Numbered from the stretch's first letter, positions 23,435 to 37,330 are shown. The stretch is 64,000 bases of DNA from Eledone cirrhosa (GCA_964016885.1 OZ024757.1:8742001-8806000), one strand, 5' to 3'. Notes: generated from the sequence alone by a model not told the origin. A program made the numbers and translations.

Positions 23435-23777
23435 GGAGGCACATGGCTTAGTGGTTAGAGCATTGGCCTTGCAATCGAAAGGTTGTGAGTTCAATTCTCA
23501 GACCGGGCGATGTGTTGTTTCCTTGAGCAAGACACTTTATTTCACATTGCTCCAGTTTACTCAGCTGTAGAAATGAGATGATAGGGACTGGGGTCCCTAT
23601 CATTCCACTGCAAAGTGGTCGTGGAGGTGCCACAGCATAAAAAGCACCCAGCACTCTCTGTAAATGAGGTTGGTGTTAGGAAGGTCATCCAGCTGTAGAA
23701 ATCAAGCCAGAATCAGTTCCCGTCCCACCCTTGCAAGCAGGGAAAAGTGGACGTAAAATTAAATGATGATGATGATG
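23435..23777 (+). mobile_element. SINE family 1, complete, with (GAT)n tail
   Basis: Near-identical to 4463-4733; ends GGAAAAGTGGACGTAAAATTAAATGATGATGATG. Confidence 0.85.
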
Positions 23778-26415
23778 AAGACCCAGAGCTTAGCACGCAT
23801 ACATGCGAGCATGTTAGCAGTTTCTCATAGACCCTTGTGGCTAAAGGTGAGTCTTTCAATCCTGAAAACATGTGTTGTTGTTGTTATTGTCACTGATGAT
23901 GGAGTTGGTTTCCTCTTGTTAATGGTAGTGGTAGTGTTTGTTGGTAAGTTGTTGGTGTATACACATATATGTTGTTGTTATTGTCACTGCCTTCCTCTTG
24001 TTGATGGTGGTGGTAGTTGAAACTGCTACCTATTCGGGCTGCCAGGCTGGTTGCTGGGGCTCGAACACCTTCTTTAATCAAAGATAGATGCGGGGTTGTT
24101 GTTATTGTCACTGCCTTCCTCTTGTTAATGGTAGTGATAATTGTTGGTGCTACCTATATCGGCTGTCAAGCTGGCTGCTGTATCAGCTTCTGTGAGTGAT
24201 GCTCCAATGGCCTTCTTGACCAAAGATGCAGGTCAATGGCTTTTGGCATTGTTTGGCAACATAACGCAAATAAATATATACACTATCATCAATTGGAAAG
24301 ACCAACGGAAACATTGCTTATTGGTCCAATCTGATGAGTTCCACTCCACTTGGTAAGAACTGAGATGTTGAGATTTATTACAAAAAAATCACTAAAATCA
24401 AGATACTGGGTTGGTATAACTACCTGGTTTGTATGTGTTGTGGTGTGGTATGTGGTGTGTTTTGGTCTTTTGATGTGGTGTGTGTGTGTGTGTGTGTGCA
24501 GGTTGATGTGTTGTTGTGTGTGTAATGTAAAGATGAAATTTTACACACATAGGACCTAGAATGGGTGTGTGAGGACTCTACCCCCTACAACCCTCTCAGA
24601 AATAAATGGCTGAAGAAAAAGAGAAGAAAGTTGTAAAGTATTTTCAAATGTGAATTATTTTTTTAAAAAGTCAAAATGTCAACTGTCATGAAAGTACCAT
24701 CCAACAAATATTAAAATTATGCAATTATTTTTATTTACACATGTGGATATTTTGTCATAAATATAAATATAAACCAGTTAAGGTTTACAAAATAAACATA
24801 TATAAACACATCGATGCTTTTTTTTTTTTTTATGATGTAGTCATAGGGTGTCACTGGACATTTGAAGCTTGGTGGAGCCCTTCACTCTCCAGGTTTGAAC
24901 AGTTGATTTCTTCCAGAGAAGGAGAGAAAATAAGAGGGAGGAAGTGAGATAGAAATATAGAGAGGAAGGACAGACCCCTGTGGTAGACTGGTATTGTTTT
25001 TTATCAACCTTGAATGGACGAAATAAAGTTGACCTCAGCAGGATTTAAACTCAGAGAGCAGAGAACCAGGATAAATATGGCAGAAAACATTCTATTTATT
25101 GTTTTATAGACTTTAAATAAATCTTTCTACTTTTGACTCAAGGCCAGCAATTTGAAGAGAAAGGGGAATGCCAATTAAATCAGGCCCGGTGCATTACTGT
25201 TACTGTTTTTTTATCAACCTTGAATGGATTAAAGTCAAAGTTGACGATGGCATGATTTTAAACCCAGAACATAAAGGACTGTAACTTTATGACACAAAGC
25301 ATATCGTCTGGAACTCTACTGAATCTGCAAATCCACCACCCTCAACAATGAAATGAGACTGTGTCTCTGTAGAGCCCTTAATGACAAATAATATGAAGGG
25401 ATACTTTCTACAGGGTGTATTTGTTAATTACAATACAAAACCTCTGAGAATGATTTCCAACATATTTCACCATAATAAATGTTCATCAATATATATTAAT
25501 ATTATTATTATTTTCTGCTAGCATGTGTAGTGTGCATATTGATATTTTACACAGGTATATATATATACATGTAGCTATGATACATCAAATAAAATCATAA
25601 TTGACAATATATAATACATAGAAATTGAACAAAGACTGTGTTACACTGTCTTATTTAATCAGTAACAAAATCCATGATACATTAAAAAAGACGATATTAT
25701 ATATAAACTGCATTAGGAGAAAATTAGTGACAAACAATTAGTATGTTTATTGAAGTGATGGCTAACCGGAAGTGTTGACATTTCAGAAATTTTAAAGAAG
25801 TGAATCTTTAAATAAACAAAATATATTTAATCAACAGCCACGAAATTTAGTAGATAAATTATGTAATATTTATTCAATATTTATTCAAAGTAATGCAACT
25901 TATTTTACTAATGGGATAAAAAAATTATAAACCGTACGCAGTCCCACGCTCCTTACTTTATTATAGTTTAGATTTATTAGGTCAGGTGGATTGGCCAGAA
26001 CAATTCTACTCTTCTTTTTTAGATGTCACGATCTTCCATGGCATTCCTGAGACCATTAATCTCCAACTGGACATCCTGAGACATCTGATCTATGTAGGTC
26101 AACCTCAGTCATCCCACTAGGGTCTTACAATATTTAGGTATCCACCACAATAGCCAGCTCATCCTACCCTCAGTAGCAATGTCCAGCATATCTTGACCTC
26201 CGCTCCCTAGTTATTGTGGTAATCTTTGATACATGTCAGTATATTTCTTCCCTTTGAGGAATGTATTAAAAAATAAAAATAATAAAATATATATATACAC
26301 ACACACACAACATATATGTTGAGATGTATAAGATTTCTCAAGCTTCACATTTTATATTCTGCCTTCCAAAATGTGTCTATATATTTGTGTTTTTCATATT
26401 TCACAGTGATGGGTT

Positions 26416-27342
26416 TTACTGCAAGTGTTGACTACGTAGGTGAACAACCAGTGACGAATTCTCAGTGAAATATTTACCTCATATTTTACATGAATAAGGT
26501 TTTTCACCAGTATGTATTCTTTTGTGAGGTTCAAGTTGAGAACTACAAGAAAAAGATTTCCCACATATTTCACAATGGAAGGGTTTTTCACCAATATGTA
26601 TTCTTTTATGACGTACAAGATCAGAATTACTAGAAAAAGATTTCCCACATATTTCACAATGGAAGGGTTTTCCACCAGTGTGTGTTTTTTTGTGAGGTTC
26701 AAGTTGAGAACTCTGAGAAAAAGATTTCCCACATATTTCACAGTGGAAGGGTTTTTCACCAGTGTGTATTCTTTTGTGAGGTTCAAGAGTAGAACTCTGA
26801 GAAAAAGATTTCCCACATATTTCACATGAATAAGGTTTTTCTCCTGTGTGTATTCTTTTGTGCTTTATAAGATCGTACTTCTGGGTGAAAGATTTCCCAC
26901 ATATTTCACATGAATAAGGTTTTTCTCCAGTGTGACTCCGTATGTGGATGACAAGAGCAGAATTATCAATGGAAGATTTCCCACATATTTCACAGTGGAA
27001 GGGTTTTTCTCCTGTGTGACTCCGTATGTGGATGACAAGAGCAGAATTATTAGTAAAAGATTTCCCACATATTTCACAATGGAAGGGTTTTTCTCCTGTG
27101 TGACTCCGTATGTGGATAACAAGAGCAGAATTATTAGTAAAAGATTTCCCACATATTTCACAGTTGAAGGGTTTTTCTCCTGTGTGACTCCGTATGTGGA
27201 TGACAAGAGCAGAATTATTAGTAAAAGATTTCCCACATATTTCACAGTGGAGGGGTTTTTCTCTGTGTATTTTCTCGTGTGAGGATAGTTTCAGTTTTGA
27301 AGAGAAAGTTTTCCTGCAAATCTCACAGCTATATTCAGACAT
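26416..27342 (-). CDS. C2H2 zinc-finger protein: 10 intact fingers, with a premature TGA (26479-26481) in the 11th
   Basis: ORF 26479-27342; past the stop the frame continues GKYFTENSSLVVHLRSQHLQ* to the ancestral stop at 26416, matching the C-terminus of copy 1. Confidence 0.82.
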
Positions 27343-27460
27343 ATTTCATAAAGGAATCTCACCACTTCCACTCATATATTAAGAAATGTAGCATTCAGTT
27401 GGTAAAGTAATAAGATGTATGAAAGCATAAGACTGATCTTGGAAGAAGTAGAAGCAAGTG

Positions 27461-27501
<41 letters not shown>

Positions 27502-29780
27502 GTGTGTGTGTATATTTTTTTAATTTCTGTTAAGGTGAGAGCTCTGTTTACAATAAAATCCTCAGCTCATAAAACAGACGAATAAGACTTCTATAGTTAA
27601 GGTTCTTGTTATTGAGGACAGTTCAGGTGACAAGAGAATTAATATCCATAATTTCAAAAGATGAAGGTTAATATATATACATATATATATAAAGACATAC
27701 AGTGTGTACGTATGAGAGAGAGAAATAAATAGACGTGTGTGTGTGTGTAGAAATATATGTGTGTGTTGTAATACATCAATATATTTCACTTCAGATAGAA
27801 AAGTTCACAATGTTTGTGTTGTGGTGGAAAACGAAATAATACGTACTTTAGTTGTCAAGACCAAATATAAAGTCAAGAAAAGTTAGTAAAAACTAAATGT
27901 TCACTGATTTCTGATTAAAATAATATTTTCCTGACCTGTAAAATGTTGAACAACCACTTCAATATTTAATAATACAGGTGATAAAACAACAACTATAAGG
28001 TAAATAAGTCACCTTATGTTATTTACAAACATTAACGTCCACCGTAATATGAAATAATCACCATAAAAGATAAAATTAGATGAGGTTTAAGTTGTAACAA
28101 TGGAGCTGATATAAATGGTAATATTTCACCGTCTAGTTGACACCGGTGTTATGGCTTAAAAGTCCCCCACATAATTTAATACATTCAGAAACAACTTCCG
28201 TTATATGAACTAGCAGAAAACCACCTTCAGGTAGTTTTCTGCTAGCATGTGTCGTGTGTATATTGATATTATACACAAGTATATATTCATGTAAATATGA
28301 TACATCAAATAAAATCGTAATTGACAATATATAATACACAGAAATTGAACGAAGACTGTGTTACACTGTCTTATGTAATCAGTAACGTAATCCATGATAC
28401 ATTAAAAAAGACGATATTATATATAAACTGCATTAGGAGAAAATTAGTATGTTTATTGAAGGGATGGCCAACCGGAAGTGTTGACATTTCAGAAATTTTA
28501 AAGAAGTAAATCTTTAAATAAACAAAATATATTTAATTAACAGCCACGAAATTTAGTAGATAAATTATGTAATATTCATTCATTATTTATTCAAAGTAAT
28601 CCAACTTATGTTACTAATGGGATAACAAATTATAAACCGTACAAGTCCCGCACTCCTCCTTTTATTATAGTTTAGATTTATACGTTCAATAGATATGCTA
28701 GTACTTTATTCAGATTTGAATAAATAACGTTATTAATGTTATATAACTGTTCATATTAAACCAAAACACATTATTAAAGGTAATAAAATATTTAAGTAAT
28801 GGAAAAAAAACCAAACGAATCAAACAACCAAAATAAATGTTTCTACTTTTGGCACAAGGCCAGCAATTATCTCAGTGCAATACTGGTACATTATTTTATC
28901 GATCTCGTAAGGATGAAAGGCAAAGTTAACCCTGGCGGGATTTGAACTCAGATCATAAAGGGAGGTAACTCTATACTACAAAGCTTGGCGTCCGACGCTC
29001 TACCGATACTGCCAATAAAATAACGGGAGAGGGCCAGACTTTATATTTCAGTCGAGCTGTGATTCAGCCCCACCCTACAGACAAAATGGCAAAGGTGTTA
29101 CCACAGAGAATAGCCAGAGACACCCACTACAACATCCACCCCACCTCATGGGACTCCTTCCTCAAATGGGCTACTGTCTTTCTAATTTTGAGAAGGAAAT
29201 CAGCAGTGTAGGGACAAAGAGGAAGTGGTTTGTCAGGCCCCGGTATTTAACTATCGTCCTCTTCTCTCTATTGCAGGTAGTAAAGCCAGGGTTTGTGGCT
29301 GCAGGGAAAATGTTGGAGGCAGAGAATGATACAACCCATGCTAAACCTCCAACTAAAGCTGATACTTGTCTTTTTCAGCTGTGGAGATTAGAGACATGTG
29401 GAATGATGTGTCTTGCTTAAGGTACCTCCCTAACTGACAATTGAAAACATGATATTACCATATGATGTATGACTTCACTATACAATATATATGTGTTTGT
29501 ATACATATATATAGTATATATTTGTGTATACATTGTCTCATTCCATGAGAGTAACTTGGTCAGTCTCTGAACTCCTCATCCGACCCTTCTATATGTATAT
29601 ACATGTTTGTCAGTGTGTGTGTACATATGTATATAGAATATTGTCACAACTACTATATACACCACATATACACTATATATAATATTGTCCAATATATATA
29701 GACTATATGTCATGTTGTCCAAGGGAAAGGCTGATATAGATCAGCACCAGTGACATTACAACTATTATATACACTATATA

Positions 29781-32375
29781 TCATCATCATCATTATCATT
29801 TAATGTCTATCTTCCACGCTAGCATGGGTTAGACGGGAATTGTCCCACTTGAGGCAAGATTGATTGGGTGACCGTGTCTCGCTCATATAGGACTGTATCT
29901 GGCAGGTTTTCTACAGTTGGATGCCCTTCCTAACACCAACCACATTTCCAGTGTGGACTGGGAGTCTTTTTGTGATGACACCTACACTACCTCTTTAGTT
30001 TGGACTGGATGTTGTGGCACCAACATAACTTTACAGAGACAGGGTAGTGTTGGTGGGAAGATGGAGTAGGGGTTGTGGGTTGGGTGTATATTTGGTTAGG
30101 AGGGGCCTACTGACTGTAGGTTACCTTTGCACATAGGGATGGCAGTTCTTCTCTGTTAATGTGTGGTGCCATAGATCTCGTTCCAGTGACATTGTCTAAG
30201 AGAGGTGTAAGTGTGCAAGGTTGGATTTTATGTCGTCCCAGGTTTTTCTGGGTCTACCTACTCCGTAACTTCCATCAATTTTGATCACCCTGCACTTTTT
30301 TATAAAGCTGTCATCGTTCATGTGCATCACAGAACCATACCAACATAATCTTCTCTCAAGTAAACAGAATCTGATCCCTCTTATTCCTAATTCTCACTTA
30401 GTTCCTTTATGTTTTGCCGTTCATGCTTCTTATTTCACATGAGCATCGGCCACATATAAAATCTACATTCTTAGATAGCTTACCTGTGATCTCACTACAT
30501 CTTTTAATGTACCCATAGTCTGCATTTGGGACATAGAATGGAATTTTTACCTACTCCTTTCCTACACACTGAGCATGGCATCAGTGCCCTATTTTCTTTT
30601 CTACATACTAAACCTTTAGTCTTAGACAAGTTAACTTTAAGGCCTTTTGATTCAAGGCCATGCCTCAATTTTTGGAATTTCTTCTCTAGTTCAGCCATAG
30701 ATTAGGCTAGGAGAGTTAGATCATCTGCATATAGAATTTCCCATGGGCAGCTGGTCTTAAACCCCTCTGTTATAGACTGAAGGGCAATAATAAACAGGAG
30801 GAATCTAAGGATGGGGCCTTGCTGAACACCTACTTTTGCACTAAATTCATTGTTAATTCTAACCTTGCTGACTGTTTCTATATACATGGCTTGTATAGCT
30901 CTCACAAGCCATTCATCTACTCCTACATTTCTAAGGGCCCACCAAATAATGGAGTGGGGGACTCTGTCAAATGCTTTCTCCAAGTCAACAAAAGCTGAGT
31001 ATAAGGGGTTTACTTTTAGCTAGGTACTTCTCCTGTAGTTGCTGAACAAGGAAAATAGCATCTGTGGTACTTTTACCTGGCACGAACCCAAACTACATTT
31101 CATCTAGATCTATTTGGTCTCTGATTAGTTGTGCTATAACTCTTTCTGTGACCTTCATGACCTGGTCAACTACCTTAATGCCTCTATAGTTTCCCCTCTC
31201 TAGGGTATCTCCTTTACCCATGTAGCAGTTAACGATGATGTGGCTACGCCAGTCATCTGGTATGACCCCATTCTGTATTACTTGGTTTACTATCTGGTGT
31301 CCATAGTATGTTCCACCATTTCAGATGCTTTCAACATCTCAGCAACTATCTCCAAAGGCCCAGCTGCCTTGCCTGTCTTCATATCTTTGATTGCCTTACT
31401 TACTATAGTACCATTAACTTGCACTGCTGGTCCCTCTATTGGATCGATTTGGGCCAGACTATCTTTTACCAATTTATTCTCCTCTTTTAGTAGTCTCTCG
31501 TAGTGACACTTCCAAGCTACCTTCTTATCAGTATCAGGGAGGGCAAGTACACCATCATCATTACAGACACACTTCTCCCTGACAATATCACGGTTTTCCT
31601 TGACACTTTATTTTGCGATCCTCACGTTGTAGAACATGATTGAACTTTCTATTCTCTGCTTCCCTTCTTGCAAAGTACAATTGTCTCCTAGCCACCTAAT
31701 AGTGTTCTCTACTTTCCCCATCCCACAATACTTTCCAAGCCCGATTGTCTCCTCCACCTCCAAGTTACTCTCCTCCTGCCTATAGGTCAGCTCCAGCAAC
31801 AGATTTCATCTGTCGCCTTCAGCAGGTTAACTTTCAAGAATCCCCACTGTTCCTCTATATTGTATGTCTCTAATTGCACCTCTTTACTGTCAAAAGCATT
31901 AACTAATATGCTTTTAAATTTGTTACTGGCTGTGGGGTCCTTCAACTTCCATCTTCTCCTTAAGGTAGTCCTCCTCTGTTGTCGAGTACGTCTACTCCTG
32001 ACTATGAGGTCACTAACTACTAGGTTATGTTGGGAGGTGAATTCTTCACGGGGGAGTGATTTACAACAGACACTCTGTCATGTCTTCTAGTAAGCATATC
32101 ATATATCTGGCTAGCATGTTCCCCTGATCTACAGGTGATCAAGTGATTGTCTCGTTTTTTGAAGTTTGGGTTAGTTAGGTTATTAGCGTCACAAAATTCC
32201 AGGATCCTGAAGCCTTCCTCATTTCTAGTACCAAACCCATAGCCTCCATGGATTCCATCATAGCCATCACTATGTTGTCCAATGTGACCATTTAGATCAC
32301 CTGCAATAATTATGTAGTCACTGTCTGTTATTTGGGAGGAAGTGAGCATTAGCGACTCATAGAACCTGTCTTTTA
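29781..32375 (-). mobile_element. degenerate RTE LINE (duplicate of 9371-12000)
   Basis: Same ORF fragments, same internal deletion, (CAT)n end. Confidence 0.88.
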
Positions 32376-33185
32376 CCTACCTGTTGTGGTATGTGTTATG
32401 GTGTGGTATGTGGTGTGGTGTGGTGTGGCGTGATGTGTGGGATGGGGTGTGTATTGTGGTGTTTTGATGTGGAGTGTGTGTGCAGAGTGATGTGTTGTTG
32501 TGTGTGTGTAGTGTATAGAGGAAATTTTACAAACATAGGACCTAGAAGGGGTGTGTGAGGACTCTACCCCCTACAACCCTCTCAGGAATAAATGGGTGAA
32601 GAAAAAGAGAAGTATTTTCAAATGAGAATTATTTTTTAAAAAGTCATAATTTGAACTGTCATGAAAGTACCATCAACAAATATTAAAGTTATAAAATTGT
32701 TTTTATTTACACATAAATGTGGATATTTTTTCATAAATATAAACCAGTTAAGGTTTACAAAATAAACACATAATTCTTTTGTTTTGTTTTTTAATGATGG
32801 AGTCATAAGAATGTCACTGTGGACATTTGAAGCTTGGTGGAGCCCTTCACTCACCAGGTTTGAACAGTTGATTACTTCCAGAGAAAGAGAGAGAATGAGA
32901 GAGAGAAAGTGAGATAGAAATATAGAAAGGAAGAACAGACCCCAGTGGTAGACTGGTATTGTTTTTTATCAATCTTGAATGGATGACAGGCAAAGTTGAC
33001 CTCAGCAGGATTTAAACTCAGAGAGCAGAGAACCAGAACAAATATGGCAGAAAACATTCAATCTATTGTTTAAAGGCTTTAAATAACTGTTTCTACTTTT
33101 AACTCAAGGCCAGTAATTGTAAGGGAAGGAGAAAGTTGATTAAATCAACCCCAGTGGATTACTGGTATTTATTTTACTGAACCTG

Positions 33186-33365
33186 GGTGGTGAATTAGCA
33201 GTATCGGTAGAGGGTCGGACGCCATGCTTTGACGCATAGAGTTACGGCATTCTGAGTTCAAATCCTGCCAAGGTTAACTTTGCCTTTCATCCTTACGGGG
33301 TCGATAAAATAAAGTACCAGAAATGCACTGGGTAATTGCTGGCCTTGTGCCAATAGTAGAAACAA
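33186..33365 (+). mobile_element. SINE family 2 with a 17-bp TSD, inserted in an older SINE
   Basis: TSD TTATTTTACTGAACCTG at 33169-33185 and 33366-33382. Confidence 0.88.
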
Positions 33366-33642
33366 TTATTTTACTGAACCTGTGAGGAAGAAAATTAAAG
33401 CTAACCTCAGTAGGATTTTAATTCAGAATGTAAAGGGATGTAACTATATGACATATCGTCTGACACTCTACTGATTCTGCCAATCCACCAGCCTCAACAA
33501 TGAAATGAGATTGTGTCTCTGTAATAGCCCTTAATGACAAGTAATATGAAGGGGTACTTTCTACAGGATGTATTTGTTAATTACAATACAAAACATCTGA
33601 GAATGATTTCCAACATATTTCACCATAATAAATGTTCATCAA

Positions 33643-34029
33643 TCATCATCATCATCATTTTACATCCGCATTTCCCTGCTTGCAAGGGTGGGATGGGAAC
33701 TGATTCTGGCTTTATCTCTACAGCTGGATGCCCTTCCTAACACCAACCTCATTTACAGTGAGTGCTGGGTGCTTTTTTGCCGTGGCGCCTACACGTCCAC
33801 TTTACAGTGTGGGCTGGGTGCTATTTTTGCCGTGGCACCTCCACGACCACTTTGCAGTGGAATGATAAGGACCCCAGTCATATCATCTCGTTTCTACAGC
33901 TGAGTAAACTGGAGCAATGTGAAATGAAGTGTCTTGCTCAAGGAAACAACACATCACACGGTCTGAGAATTCAACTCACAACCTTTCGTTTGCAAGCCCA
34001 ATGCTCTAACCACTAAGCCATGTGCCTCC
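33643..34029 (-). mobile_element. SINE family 1, complete
   Basis: Reverse complement of 23435-23777 with one extra internal repeat unit. Confidence 0.85.
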
Positions 34030-34073
34030 ATATACATACATATACATATATATATATATGTATATGTATTTAC

Positions 34074-34108
<35 letters not shown>

Positions 34109-34208
34109 CACATATATATGTATGTATGAATAAGTACACATACACATATATACACACACATACATATATTATATATATATACGCACATATTTTAATATAT
34201 TTGTGCGC

Positions 34209-34250
<42 letters not shown>

Positions 34251-34903
34251 GCACACACACGTGTCTGTGTGTGTGTACATGTACATGTATATATATATAT
34301 ATATATATGAAAAGTATATAAATTATGGTAGCCAGAAGCCAACAGTATTCCATAATATATAAGTGACTATAGCGTCAAAATGGGAAAATAGTTAAGGTAA
34401 GATGTGGGAAAAATAATTCACACACACATTTATATATATATATATATGTGTGTGTGTGTGCATGAGTCCTTCTTTCTGGTGTTTCCTATAGTGTTGTTAG
34501 CGGACTTTTGTCTGCTATTTCTAACGTGTCTATTAATATATGCTAGAAATAGCAGTCAAATGCCAGTTAACAAGACCAAATAAGAAGGTTTACATAAACT
34601 GCAGACCCGCAAAATTTTTAACTCAATTTCCGGCTTTAAGTAAGACAAGAGTTATCTTTCTTGCCAAATATTCTCCGTTTGTTGACATAAAAAAATCTAT
34701 TGTTTAAAAAGTTGAGACTGAACTTTAGCTAACTTTTTCATCTTGTCCACTTCCGGTTTTAATTTTAGCGCTAGAAATAGCAGCCAAGGCAACATATATA
34801 GATATATATAATCCTAATAGTAAAGTGCTTTACTATATAAATATATTAATATGAATGTGTGTATACGTGTATATGCATGAGAGTGTGTGTGTGTGTATAT
34901 ATA

Positions 34904-34950
<47 letters not shown>

Positions 34951-34955
<5 letters not shown>

Positions 34956-35373
34956 TAAACGGAATAGAAAATGCTGACAAATTGTTCACAGTTGAAAAAT
35001 GGTTTAATTAGGAATAAAAGAGTATTAGTAATTGTATGGGTTAGTATTCAGTTGTGGTTTTAAGTTTTTAAGTTTTTACGGGTTGCGCATTTCTAAATGC
35101 TTTTCAAAAATAATTTTGAGATAGAGTGTCCGTGTTGTTTGCTCTGATCAACACGGACACTCTATCTCAAAATTATTTTTGAAAAGCATTTAGAAATGCG
35201 CAACCGGTAAAAACTTAAAAACTTAAAACCACAACTGAATACTAACCCATACAATTACTAATACTCTTTTATTCCTAATTAAACCATTTTTCAACTGTGA
35301 ACAATTTGTCAGCATTTTCTATTCCGTTTACCAATATATAATAACTTGTGTGTTACACCTCTATTCTTTTAAC
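34951..35373 (+). mobile_element. fold-back element (187-bp arms) in (TA)n with a degenerate hammerhead motif and tail
   Basis: Arms 34951-35137 and 35149-35335; UUU-UUGAAAA-GCAUUU/AAAUGC-GCAA-CCGG-UA-AAA at 35176-35212 (A13C); 38-bp tail then (TA)n. Confidence 0.7.
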
Positions 35374-35651
35374 TATATATATATATAATATATAAGATCA
35401 AAAGATGGTTAAAAGAGTTCCATGTATTTTATTATGTGCATTTCAAAAACAAACATCATCATGCAATAATATTTGTGTTTTCATAAGATAAAATAGGAAG
35501 ACATGATATGAAGGTTAAAAAACACTTGTGGATAGTGCAGTTTTAAATCAACATATCTTATATATTATGTATACTCCAGTCCTACAAACTGTAGAGTGCT
35601 TCTTATCCGATATCTGCATTGCTTTATTGTACTACAATAAAACTCACCTCC

Positions 35652-35690
<39 letters not shown>

Positions 35691-35696
<6 letters not shown>

Positions 35697-36031
35697 GTGA
35701 GGTTTTTTTTACAAAATGAAAAATAACCGAGGTGTCCTACACGAGTGAAAGTATAAAGAAAAAAAGATGAAATCGAAAATGCAACTGGAGTCTTATTTAA
35801 AAAAATATATATATATTTATTTGGTTCCTTTACCGGTTTCGCAGTTCTTCTGCTTTTCAAAAGTAGAGTTGAGATGGAGGGTCTGTGGTTTTTCTCTTGT
35901 GAGGAAAACCACAGAACCTCCATCTCAACTCTAATTTTGAAAAGCAGAAGAACTGCGAAACCGGTAAAGGAACCAAATAAATATATATATTTTTTTAAAA
36001 ATAAGACTCCAGTTGCATTTTTGATTTCATC

Positions 36032-36036
<5 letters not shown>
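35691..36036 (-). mobile_element. fold-back element (136-bp arms) in (TA)n with a hammerhead in each arm and tail
   Basis: Arms 35761-35896 and 35901-36036; tail 35691-35760; (TA)n on both sides. Confidence 0.75.
35828..35863 (-). ncRNA. minimal type I hammerhead ribozyme, U3-A8 variant (second copy at 35934-35969 +)
   Basis: CUU-UUGAAAA-GCAG(AAGAA)CUGC-GAAA-CCGG-UA-AAG; palindromic stem III ACCGGU. Confidence 0.7.
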
Positions 36037-36072
<36 letters not shown>

Positions 36073-36179
36073 CATCATCATCATCCTTTTACGTCCGTTA
36101 TTCCCTGTTTGCAGGGGTAGGACAGGAACTGATTCTGGCTTGATTTCTACAGCTGGATGCCCTTCCTAACACCAACCTC

Positions 36180-36215
<36 letters not shown>

Positions 36216-36772
36216 GTTATATGTATATTTGTATATATACATATGTTATATGTATATATATATGTATATATATCCAAAATTAAAATTAAGGGTTGTCATG
36301 TCTGAGAGACATGCGCCATATCCACCGTAGAATAAGCTCAAAGATTAGATCCGAGCATTACATATCAACTAGAAATAGATTGACATATATATATATATAA
36401 TAAATACATGAAACAATCACAGGGTATAATTTGTAAAGAATGTAGGCACACATAGCTAGGTAGGTAACTAATTAAAGTTTAACTAGAACTTCAAATATAG
36501 ATACCATTTAAAATGATTAATCTCCTTTGTATATATTTCTTTAAGTAAGAAATATATTTCACCTATTAATCCGTAAATCACAGCAGTTAAATACTTGGAT
36601 GTTCACCAAAGGAGAAGAAGATAACCATCTGCGTTTACACAGTAAATGCAAATCTGCGAATGATTTGAACCACGTGTTGCCACGGGGATGACGTGGTTCA
36701 ACGAGTGTATTTTTAAAAACGGAATGAGGGGTACACACACACACATATATATATATATGTGTATATATATAT

Positions 36773-36849
<77 letters not shown>

Positions 36850-36853
<4 letters not shown>

Positions 36854-37113
36854 ATATTAATAAATGGAAACTATATTTATAAAACCATATATATTTTATT
36901 ATACATATTTCAAGGGCCACATTCTTTAGGATCTCTTCTTCTCTAAAAGACATTGTGGCCCTTGAAATATGTATAATAAAATAAATATGGTTTTATAAAT
37001 ATAGTTTCCATTTATTAATATATTGTGTAGTTACACCACTAAGTGTTGAGTGCTTTATATCAGTTATAAAAATGTTTAAGCTTGTTGAATCCCAACAAAT
37101 TAAATATAACCTC

Positions 37114-37115
<2 letters not shown>
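36850..37115 (+). mobile_element. fold-back element in (TA)n; both arms carry only the 3' half of the hammerhead
   Basis: Arms 36850-36921 and 36954-37025 (TGTGGCCCTTGAAATATGTATAATAAAATA); tail matches 21756-21854. Confidence 0.72.
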
Positions 37116-37162
<47 letters not shown>

Positions 37163-37330
37163 TAAAATAACAGATTAAAGTTTAAGCAAAGAATCGCTGC
37201 TTCCACCCTTAATGGGATCTTCTGAAAAAATTTTAATAAATATTTGCTCTACGGTTCTTATATATTTAATATATATTTATCCTTATCGAGCTCTCTTTGG
37301 ATTTTAGTCTTCAAATTTATTATTATTACT

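Larger units (their letters stand above)
26340..32375. repeat. segmental duplication cassette, copy 2 (direct)
   Basis: Colinear with 5850-12000; lacks the 7651-7892 SINE and the inverted triplication. Confidence 0.9.

Noticed and set aside
26479-26481. UGA at a cysteine position as selenocysteine or an editing-rescued stop
   Set aside because: No SECIS recognised; A-to-I editing would give Trp, not Cys; neighbouring codons of that finger are also mutated, so a plain nonsense change is simpler.
33954-36953. YI/YM/CV-rich ORFs (also 62935-63320)
   Set aside because: Translations of (TA)n, (CA)n and (TACA)n microsatellites.
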